DNA of 64,000 nt from Aplysia californica (taxonomy: Eukaryota): assembly GCF_000002075.1 (NCBI RefSeq), contig NW_004798018.1:219154-283153 (forward strand). Direction: 5' to 3'. The notes under the pieces were generated by a model. The model was not told where the DNA came from. It searched no databases and was given only the letters and a program-made list of their open reading frames with translations. The position numbers were made by a program, and so were the translations under genes. Position 1 is the first letter of the stretch, and every line of letters starts with the position of its first letter. Below, piece after piece: positions 50,270 through 60,080 of this stretch.

Positions 50270-51080
50270 AGCTCTGATCAGCACAAGTAAGAAGATCCGT
50301 TTCAAGACAATAGAGAAAAAGTTCTTCAAGAAAAGGAAAAGCTTGAACTTACTAACCTGGAGAGCTAAGGAACAAATAAGGTTTCTGAATCGTGGAGACC
50401 CAGAGACATGGACTGTCCAGGCACTAGCTGACTCTTTTCCCGTGTCTGAAGAAAGTATTGTCAAAATTCTGAAATCAAGAGTTCGCCTTCATAGAACTGA
50501 AGATATACAAAGGCATGACAGTGACATACAAAGGAACTGGTCCGGAATTTTAGAATCTTTTGAGGATGAAGATGAAGCAGTTTCAAAGATGCTCTACTTG
50601 GGATTCTTTAGTTCTGATAACGAAAGCCTGATCTTGAATGCAAATGGACGATTGGATTTACCCTTCCCTATGAAAAAAAATGACGGTGTGAAAGGACCTT
50701 TTTCTGATATCGTTAAAGATTGTTGGGCTGAAAGTTCTGTATCAGATAAATCTAAACAAACAGGTTTCATCACTGGTGGGGAGATGAAAACATTGTCAGA
50801 AGTTCTTACAGAGGTTTCTGAATTCTTTGCAAATGGGTCTTTTACACCCCCACGGCATTGGGCAGCAAAACCTGACGTTGGAAACAGTGCTGAAGACTTT
50901 ATGCAACAACCTGGGGGCCATAAACCAGATAGCAATGTTAAAATTCCTAACAAATTATGTGTAAAAGGTCTTAGTTCTCAGGATTCTTCTAAAAGGAAGC
51001 ACCTCAAGCAAGGAATTGTTTATCAAGATGGAAACTCTATCTATAATGAGGATGGTGAATTTTTGTACAGAATACCATAG
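50270..51080 (+). CDS. NGRN: Neugrin exon 2 (neugrin domain and C-terminal motif)
   Basis: tttcag acceptor, phase 2. KIRFKTI...LLTWRAKEQIRFL...PETWTVQALADSFPVS...ILKS matches neugrin LTW.A.EQIRYL..E.P..WS...LA..F.VS. C-terminal YNEDGEFLYRIP matches the neugrin D..G.FLYRI end. Confidence 0.95.
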
Positions 51081-51091
51081 TATAGTTGAAG

Positions 51092-51561
51092 TATATGTCA
51101 CGATGCGATGGAATCAGGTGCTTGTCAATTTTGGGGCACATGGAGTATCGAGTTACATTGGCATCATCTTAAAGCTTGTTCATTTTTCTTGCTTTTGATA
51201 GGGAATAATACCCGTCTTTCTTGAATAGAAGTAGAAGTCAGGATATTTGTGATTGATAGGGGTGGGGGTTACCTTGTGTCTGTGTCAGAGATAGAATTAG
51301 TGAGAAAATGGCTGACAAAGTGTGGTGACTTCCTAAAACTTGAGTGTCCTTGAAAACAGCAAATGTACATTTTTCGTACCTTTCGTCAACGTTTACATTG
51401 AAATCCACAAAGAAATATGTTTTTTTAGGGACACAGAAAGTGTGGAGCCAAAACGAAAAAAAATTCGATAAAAATTGTCCAACGGATAAATGCCTGTTTA
51501 TTCTTCAGTTTTATTTTTTTGATGAGCGCCTGATTTCAATTTCACCCCGATGCAACACATG
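51092..51561 (+). mobile_element. TIR MITE family F immediately after the NGRN stop
   Basis: Colinear with 63150-63593 over its whole length. Confidence 0.8.
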
Positions 51562-52950
51562 TCAGTACTTTATGTTGTTACCAGCCACACTGTTTATATG
51601 TCTTTTCTGTACAAGCTCGTTGACTGTTCTGTTTCATAAACAACCAGAGACAGGGGACTTTTTCACTATCATAATACGAGAACTCAGAAAATAATTAACC
51701 TTCATGATTCTTCGCTGTGATCCTTTTAAAACCAGTAAAATGGTCACCCTTTAGTGTAAAATGAACTTGCGTGACCCCTGGGTGGGTTTATGACTTCTGG
51801 CGAGTAAAGAGTGGTCAACCTTGATGACCTATCACATTGGCTTGAGGCATGCCATTTTCATTTATTATACCCGGTACATGTAGCCTACTATCATGAGTCT
51901 CAAGATCTACGCAATTATCCAGTTGCTCCTCCCCTTACCTGTCCGAAGTTTATAGCTTTCTATCTCTGACCGAGTTCCCTGCATATGCTGTTACACACCA
52001 TTGTGTTGTGACCACATAAATTAAAATTCATTCTGTCTCACAGATTCAGGAGAAGAGACAACTGTTGCTATGGTCAGTGAAGAGTTCACAGTTCCATGTG
52101 ATCCCGCCTGGAGCGTACTTGTAGGTCCAACCCACCCAGAGTATGATGTAAGTTTAGGTGGAGAGCTTTTTTGCGAGTGCGATGTTTGAGGTAAACAAAC
52201 GCTTCAGTGAATTCACATCTTGGTGTGATCCCGTCTGGGGCAAACATTACCATTTCATTGAGATTTACAACAGACATGTGATCACATTCACGAGAGTGGC
52301 TGATCAGTGACACAACAATGGTTGCAAATTTTTACTTTTGGTTGGTCTGCTGTGCCTGTCCGAGTTTTTATTCCATAAATTATGATCTAAAATGCGGGAT
52401 CTTAGCCAAATGTAGACCTTTAGAGCGGGATCTTTGGTGTGACTTTTGTGTTGTAGAAATTGTTTTCTTAAAACCGCGGGATCTTAAGTGAACTGGGATA
52501 GTAAGCAATGGGATCTTACGTGGAGAATTCTGTATAAATTAATTAAACCCCCATCCTGTTCTTCGCTATTGCTTTATTTTATAGTGTCAGTTATTATTGT
52601 GTCTTTCATTTGCTACTTGTCTGTCACACAAGTATTGTATGAATGATGGTAAACATGACTGAGTTATTGTTTTTGTGGGTTGTGATATTTTTCCTTTCTC
52701 AAATTATAAAAACGTCTTTTTAAAAATGGATGCAGTAAATAGGTGTCAGTATTAGAAGTCAGGTTTTTTTGTATGGGTACATGGTACCAGTCCACCATGA
52801 TAATGTGGTCTATCGTAATTCCTGCCTGTCTGTTCGTTTACCTCACAGTCAATTGTGAACTGTGATATAAAGCATTCTACCACAAGGTCTCTGCAAGGTG
52901 ATTTTATGCAGTAAAAACAGAGGCCTTGGGATTAAACCCCATATGTTGAG

Positions 52951-53119
52951 CTGTCCCCAGGGTTTAACGCTCCCCGCATAATTTAGCAAAATTTGATCAT
53001 TTTTTTGCATAATTTCTTATTATTTTCCTTTATCTTTCATCATAATCGCATAATTTCACATTTTTGGGCTCAGTTTGCTCAATTTTAGAATTTTTTTGTG
53101 CATAAAACCACTGTGACAG
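52951..53119 (+). mobile_element. MITE family C
   Basis: TSD gttgag at 52945-52950 and 53120-53125. Confidence 0.88.
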
Positions 53120-53169
53120 GTTGAGTGTGGATAGTGCAGGGGTGCCTACTGCTGAGTCCAACTTACAGC

Positions 53170-53425
53170 CATCGGTGAAGATTAGAGTAGGTGTTACAAG
53201 AGAGTAACAAACACAAAAAAGGAAGAGGGGAGATAAGGATGATAGATGTTTGATAGGAAAGAAGTGCTTTGTTCCTTCTTTCCTATCAAATATCTATCAT
53301 CGTTGTCTCCCCTCCTTCTTTGTTGTGTTTGTTTCTCTCTTACCTAATCCTCAGCACTTACATGACCTACTACATATTATATATCTGCTGTGTTGCAAGT
53401 GCCTTAAACTCTTACTAAAATTAGA
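53170..53425. mobile_element. Fold-back pair of A2 halves
   Basis: gatgatagatgtttgataggaaagaag followed about 10 nt later by its near-reverse complement cttctttcctatcaaatatctatcatc. Confidence 0.8.
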
Positions 53426-54127
53426 TTTTCTATGTGTCAGGTTATTGTTTGATGAGTTTTCTGTTTGCAGTTTTGAATGTTTTTGTGTTGTGCATGATTT
53501 ATTGTGTATCGTTAGAGTCTAAGTCTATTTTTGCCTTGGTGAAGTGCCATGGGGGACAGGTCAAATGAAAAAGAAATTGGTCCATATCTTCTTCTGAAAT
53601 GTTATGTTTTCGAGGTCTTCTAATATCAAGACTCTGCTGAGACCAAAAGCCCTAATAATTTTGATGCCAAGTTTGTGTTATTTGTTTTAAATTATTTATT
53701 ATGTCAGAATTAGTTTGAAAAATATAGTCATGTGGTGGAAGTGTTGAGCTTTGTTTTACTACCTAGTGCCATTATACATTTAATTGTTTTCTTCCTATTC
53801 TGATTTTGAGGGATTGGGTGCTGGTCAAAGCCTGGAGGCTTTCCACGTGAGCCGTGAGATGTGCTGGAAGTTCCCAGGGTGAGGCGGATGCCTTGATTTT
53901 GTATGGATTTTTGCATGTTTAGGACGGGGTGAGGTCTTGCAGATCTATACACTTGACATTTGTAGTCAGGATCTGACAAGAGAACAATAAGGGCAGAGGA
54001 GGTGCTTGGAAAGATCTTTATGCCTCCATCAACACAATTTATATTTAGATCATTTAAGAGAATGGCTTCAACTATGCCTTCCAGAGAGATACAGTATCCC
54101 AGCAGAGAGACTGAGAGTACTGAGATA

Positions 54128-54377
54128 CAGTGAAGACTCTCTATAACGACCTTCGATATAATAATATTCTCTGTATAGCGACGTGACCAGGTCCTGATTA
54201 TTTCCTTATATTATAATATTAGTGATATTTTTAATTGCCTCTCTACTATAACGACAACTCTCTATAACGACATTTTTTTCTTGTGACACAGAGGCAGGAC
54301 CAGTCCTCCACTGCGTCACGGACAAGTGGCCATTATCATTCTGGTCCCGACGGTGTAGTTATAGAAAGGCTGCACTG
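54128..54377. mobile_element. pogo-type MITE
   Basis: TA|cagtgaagactctctataac ... gttatagaaaggctgcactg|TA; internal ctctataacgac repeats. Confidence 0.78.
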
Positions 54378-54589
54378 TATTATAATTATATTCTATAGAA
54401 ATTCTCCTCTTCCGAGAATCTAACTCGACTTATGCATGGAACAGCGCCTAACCACGACGCCACAGATGCCAGTAATCTAAATGATGATAATATTTATACC
54501 GACAACTGCAGCTTCAAATTTTCGGCAGGGGTCATTGGTTTTCCGCTTTTTCCTCCAGAAGATTAGATGTTCAGTCCTACCTACCCATG

Positions 54590-54755
54590 GGAAGCAAACC
54601 ACACCAGAGCACCCGCCAACCACCCACACGCTGCTTCTTCTTTCCTATCAAACATCTATTGTCCTTATCTCCCCTCCTTCTTTTTTATGTTTGTTACTCT
54701 CTTGTAACACCTCTAATCTTCTGGTGCTCATATAACCTTATGCAGTTGCGAGCAC
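54590..54755 (+). mobile_element. A2 monomer with inverted 5' segment
   Basis: 54590-54628 is antisense and 54633-54755 is sense. Confidence 0.8.
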
Positions 54756-54756
54756 T

Positions 54757-55040
54757 TTCCACTGCTTCTCCTTGGCTCCTTCCTACTTCTGTCTTTCAGC
54801 CACACTCCTGATCTGGTAGGAAAGATCTACACCTAGCCTTCTCGGACAAAGGCAAAAAATCTTGGAGGTCCCATGTGCAAGTTGCGCATGTTAAAGATCC
54901 CTTGGTGGTACGAAATCGATAAAAGAATAAGCTTCGGCCACCACCCGCGCAAAATAAAAAATTTCCTAACAACTGAAAATGTTAGGTGTGTTCCGCGCGC
55001 TCATCATATGGCCCTATGCAGTTGCGAGTGCCGTAAAAAA
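54757..55040 (+). mobile_element. SINE family A3, 5'-truncated
   Basis: Sense copy ending gcagttgcgagtgccgtaaaa. Confidence 0.8.
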
Positions 55041-55189
55041 TAAATAAATATATAGATCTATATATATATACTATTCCACCATGTTTTAATACATGCACTT
55101 ACAACATGAAAAACAATTTGAAATCCTGCGAGAGGATTTAAATTTTAAAATCATTAGGAACCTTTCTCCTTTTTGGTAAATATTTTAAC

Positions 55190-55712
55190 ATTTTATGACG
55201 CTCGCAACTAACTGCACAAGGTCAATATATGAGTTTGAGAGCGTGGGAAACATTAAACATTTTCAGTGTAGTAGGAATTTTTTATTTTGCCCGGATGGCG
55301 GCCGAAGCCTACTCTTTGTACATCAATTTTAGGGCCATCAACTGATCTTTAACATGCACAATTTGCACGTGGGACCTCCGAGGTTTTTCGCCCTTTTCCG
55401 AGAAAGCTAGGTGTCAGATCTTATCTACCATAGCCATAAGATCAGGGGTGTGGCTGAAAGACAACAGTAAGATGGAGCCAAGGAGTAGCAGTAGAAAGGC
55501 TGCAGAAAGTCAAGAGCCCAGAGGAGGGGGCAAAGGGGCAGAAAGTGGTTACAAAAGCAGACGACAGAACATGATTAAAGTTAAAGAGCAGGACAGGAGG
55601 TGAAAGGACATAACTTCGGAGAAGGAAATTTTCCATCGCTGTCTGGTTTCGAACCTGGGACCTATACATATGTAGAAAGAGGCGAACACCGTAACCTCTA
55701 GACCACAAGAGC
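55190..55712 (-). mobile_element. SINE family A3, apparently full length with tRNA-derived head
   Basis: Minus-strand head gctcttgtggtctagaggtt (A box) ... ggttcgaaacc (B box), then body, then shared tail. Confidence 0.8.
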
Positions 55713-55873
55713 CCCCTTCGGAACCTTTACTGAAACTAAAACACTGCAGTAAGTATTGACATGAAGGGGAGTAGGCTGACATTGTAATAAAACATTAATG
55801 AAAGTAGTGCATGGCTGTGCTAGTGATGTCCCCTGATCTCTATTTTATATATTATACATCATGTATATATATA

Positions 55874-55924
<51 letters not shown>

Positions 55925-55950
55925 CAATTTAAAAAAAGAATTCAAGAGAA

Positions 55951-56130
55951 GTTTAGTTTGGTAATTAGTTAGCGTTTTAAGGCACTTGCAACACAATCAG
56001 GTCTAAAAGTGCCAAAGATTGAAGGTTTTACAAGACAGAAACAAACACAAAAAGGAGGGGCGATAAAGACAATAGATGTTTGATAAGAAAGAAGAAATAA
56101 ACCACACTAGAGCACCCGCCAACCACCCGT
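55951..56130 (-). mobile_element. A2 monomer
   Basis: Tail, body and caaccacc end. Confidence 0.85.
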
Positions 56131-57462
56131 AGAAGAAGAAAGCTCAAGTCTCAAGCTGAATGGAGAATATATTATATGATGCTATCAATATCATCATATA
56201 AAAACCCAAGAATGTCAACAGTTTTCGTTGCAGATTCAGTAAAGGACTTTAAATTGCTTCCAGATCATACTGTTGTCATGTCAAAGTGAACGAAAGAGGT
56301 TTTTGTTAACAAAACAATGTATGGTAATCTCAACAAAAGAATAAAAAGTATAGATCTATCCTATTTTTGTAATCAAAAGGTGAACACATCAAACAAGCTC
56401 AAAAGTTCAAATAAGTAGGATATAATAAAAATAGCTCCATGACATGCAATGCCAAATCATGTAGCCTACCTTGGATAAAAAATGGTGATCCTAAGAACGG
56501 CCTGCTGCAATAGTTTCAATTAAATGAGCTCAGCTCTACCTTGAAAAACAAACCTATCAATGCTGCACTTCTCCTATGACTGTTTTCTTTTTTTTTTCTA
56601 ACTCTGTAAGTGCTTCGGGTTTAAATCAGAATTTGTTGTAGTTGTAGTTTCTTCCCTTGAAATTCTGACCAAAGAAGGGAAGCTTTCAGAGCAGCCGTAC
56701 GTGAGCACCCACAGCTCTATCAGTATCAGAGCAGTAGAAGAGGATCACATCTGATGAATCTCTTCAAGTTCAATACTGGAAATGCATTCAGACAGGCACT
56801 GGGATACTACGTCCCTACCAATGTCCAGAAGCCGTTCTCATGTGTATTCTTTGTCAAATCTGCATTTGAAATTTAAGAAGTGACCCTAGTCCTGAAGATC
56901 GCAACCTTTGATGGTACATGTATTCAATATGCACCCGAATGACTACAAAAGTTCAACCGCTCAAAGGGTGTCATCTTCTTTTGCAGCCATGAGAGGAAAG
57001 AAAGGCTGCCACACAGCAGTAAACCTTGCCAAAAGTTGGGCAGATTTGATTGACTAATTTAGTGGGTCAGGATCAAAGCACCGTTCATCAGTAACCAGCG
57101 GCCGGAAAGCGCCAATCAATCTTTCATCTGTTTGCATTTATTAGACCTATTATAATTATAAGGTAAATAGGTTACCACTAATGGCACCATCTTTCTGGTA
57201 TTGGTTGGATCCGATAACGTTGGACCTTGTAGGGGAGAGAGAGAGAAAAGTATTAGTCGCACTAGCTCTGCTACTTCTACTCTGAGGACCCACAAGGTGG
57301 AAGTGGAAGAGAACTGAGCCGAGTTCAGAAGCTCTGTTTTATTCAAAAAATGCAAAAAGAACCCCGCCTGTAAGAGTTACAAGACAAACCCATGCCCGTT
57401 GAAGACTTGAGTAAACGTGTGGGACACGTGGGGTGGAACCTAATGAAGGACACTGCACTGTG

Positions 57463-57649
57463 CTGTCCCCGTGGTTTTATGCACCTCGCATAATTTAGCA
57501 AAATTTGATAATTTTTTTGCACAATTTCTGAGTTTTTTCCCTTTAATATTCTTTGTTAAAATTGACAGAATCGCATAATTTCACATTTTTGGGCTCAGTT
57601 TGAATAAAAATTTCAGAATTTTTCTCTCATAAAACTACGACGGGGACAG
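57463..57649 (+). mobile_element. MITE family C
   Basis: TSD actgtg at 57457-57462 and 57650-57655. Confidence 0.9.
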
Positions 57650-57902
57650 ACTGTGAACACGGCAGTGAACCATGTCCATGTTGGGAATATTTGACCGACT
57701 GATTTAGTAGTTTGGAGACTTTGAGTTCCCCTCATCTCTGACCAGTGACCTGAAAGCGAGGGGTCCACGTCAATCCTTATAATTCATTTGCATAGAAGGT
57801 AAATCGGATAGAATTTCATGCAGGACTCTTCTGTTTTATCAGAACCAAAGAGAAGAGGACTTCCAGTACTAACCCTCCCTTGCCCCATTTGATTTTGTGC
57901 TT

Positions 57903-58092
57903 GGTGAAATGGTATAGGTTTAAAGCACCTATCAACTCTATTAGAGAGTTTAACATCCGTCTCCGAAAGGACCAAGCCAAATAGGAAATACGTGTAAAGT
58001 GCCTTTCCCAAGGACACAACGTTGGACCGGGCTGAGGCTCGACACTCGAACCCGCAATCTCAAGATTACGGGTCTGGTAGACCAACGTCACC
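57903..58092 (-). mobile_element. SINE family B copy
   Basis: Reverse-complement match to 33931-34153; degenerate TSD gattttgtgctt / gatttgagctt. Confidence 0.82.
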
Positions 58093-58832
58093 GATTTGAG
58101 CTTGAGAAGAGACCTGGGTGTAATATACGCGTATAAGTATTACAAGAAAACACCCGAAGAGATCTACCTCCAAAGCGTAAGTTTTCAAATTTTATGCATG
58201 CATGCACTTTTGAACTATCATTTGCATTGGTTTTTACATTGAAATCTATGCTCTTCTTTATTCACATATATTTCACAAGGCAACCTGACTCCGGATCAAG
58301 GGTATTAGGCCTACTATTATTACAATCGTATTTTCTTAAAAAAAAAAAAATCGCAATGAATCCGCTAAATTTGCAGTGAAGGGCAGCCTTGTGAGAATCG
58401 TTTACATCGATGAATAGGAAAGTGGGTGGTACACATACAAAATGTCTGACACGACTTTACAAAAAAAGTGGGCGGATCTGACAAGCCAAAAATGAAAGGT
58501 TAGTATGTGTCTGTCTGCACTAATAAGATAGAGATATAGGGCAAGATGTGCTCGACAAAACTGATGAGGTTTTGCATGACTTACCCAACTAATGAGAAAG
58601 AGCAATCTGCTTGACGAGATAGAGCACGGAAATATTTTTATAAACTACATGATAAGTCTTTAAAAAAAACAAAAAACGTTCAACTTGTGAGACTCGTGAG
58701 GTTGTGCATTATCTGACTGACGAGACACAAAAGATGAGCACGAAAGGATGAAGTATATTACTATTACGGTAGCGTACACTGACTTGAAAGGTTGGATATT
58801 TACGAGAAGAAAAAACAACAACTCTCAATTAC

Positions 58833-59398
58833 ACAATGGACACTTGTCCGGGGTGCAGTGGCGGATCGGTCCTCCCTCTTATTATTATAACAGGAACAAT
58901 ATATATATATATTCCTGGTATAATTCCTTCCAGTTACATCACAGACACATTGGTCTCTTGTGCAGTATATGCCTGACAATGGCTACTTGTCCAGGATGCA
59001 GCGGGGGATTGGTCCTGCCTCTGTATTACTGGTATAATTCCTTCCAGTTAGACCACAGATACAATGGACTCTTGTGCAGGATCTGCCTGACAATGGTGAA
59101 ATGGTATGGGTTTAACGCCCCCATCAACACGATTAGGTTATTTAAGAGGGCGGGGCGTCCTAGTTTAACGTCCATCTCCGAAAGGACCGAGCCAAATGGA
59201 AAATTCGTGTAAAATGTCTTTCCCACAGACACAACGTCGGACTGAGCTGAGGCTCGAACCCCCAAACCCGCAATCTCACGATTACGAGTTCGGTAGCCTA
59301 ACCACTAGGCTACCGACACCACTGCCTGACAATGGCCGCTTGTCCGGAATGCAGTGGCGGATTGGTCCTGCCTCTTATTACAGGTACAATATATTCTT
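58833..59398. repeat. Tandem repeat with about 114-145-bp unit, at least 3 units, running into a gap
   Basis: Unit caatgg..acttgtcc...gcag.gg.ggattggtcctgcctc...ttccttccagtta...ctcttgtgcag...tgcctga. Confidence 0.85.
59097..59321 (-). mobile_element. SINE family B copy inserted in a tandem repeat
   Basis: 14-bp TSD ctgcctgacaatgg at 59083-59096 and 59322-59335; intact ggttcgagcc B box. Confidence 0.92.
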
Positions 59399-59971
59399 NN
59401 NNNNNNNNNNNNNNNNNNNNNNNNNNNNNNNNNNNNNNNNNNNNNNNNNNNNNNNNNNNNNNNNNNNNNNNNNNNNNNNNNNNNNNNNNNNNNNNNNNNN
59501 NNNNNNNNNNNNNNNNNNNNNNNNNNNNNNNNNNNNNNNNNNNNNNNNNNNNNNNNNNNNNNNNNNNNNNNNNNNNNNNNNNNNNNNNNNNNNNNNNNNN
59601 NNNNNNNNNNNNNNNNNNNNNNNNNNNNNNNNNNNNNNNNNNNNNNNNNNNNNNNNNNNNNNNNNNNNNNNNNNNNNNNNNNNNNNNNNNNNNNNNNNNN
59701 NNNNNNNNNNNNNNNNNNNNNNNNNNNNNNNNNNNNNNNNNNNNNNNNNNNNNNNNNNNNNNNNNNNNNNNNNNNNNNNNNNNNNNNNNNNNNNNNNNNN
59801 NNNNNNNNNNNNNNNNNNNNNNNNNNNNNNNNNNNNNNNNNNNNNNNNNNNNNNNNNNNNNNNNNNNNNNNNNNNNNNNNNNNNNNNNNNNNNNNNNNNN
59901 NNNNNNNNNNNNNNNNNNNNNNNNNNNNNNNNNNNNNNNNNNNNNNNNNNNNNNNNNNNNNNNNNNNNNNN

Positions 59972-60080
59972 NGATTCTGTTAACTTTAACAAAAAATGAT
60001 AAAGGAAAATAATCAGAAATTATGCAAAAAATTATCAAATTTTGCTAAATTATGAGGGGAGCTTAAAATTACGGGGACAG
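59972..60080 (-). mobile_element. MITE family C, cut by an assembly gap
   Basis: Reverse-complement match ending ggggacag. Confidence 0.8.

Noticed and set aside
49549-52535. pogo-like ends (tacagtggtcgccacctaag / cttacgtggagaattctgta) apparently enclosing NGRN exon 2
   Set aside because: Only a partial match of a kind common among pogo-type ends; the exon is a functional part of an intact gene, so unrelated fragments are more likely.
58560-58750. CTGATGA / CTGACGA...GAAA hammerhead-like words
   Set aside because: Stem II and stems I/III do not pair.
58833-59398. 114-bp unit with Cys-rich translations resembling an EGF repeat (D.WSCLC)
   Set aside because: Needs frameshifts in every unit; unit lengths vary; stops are present; no splice sites found.
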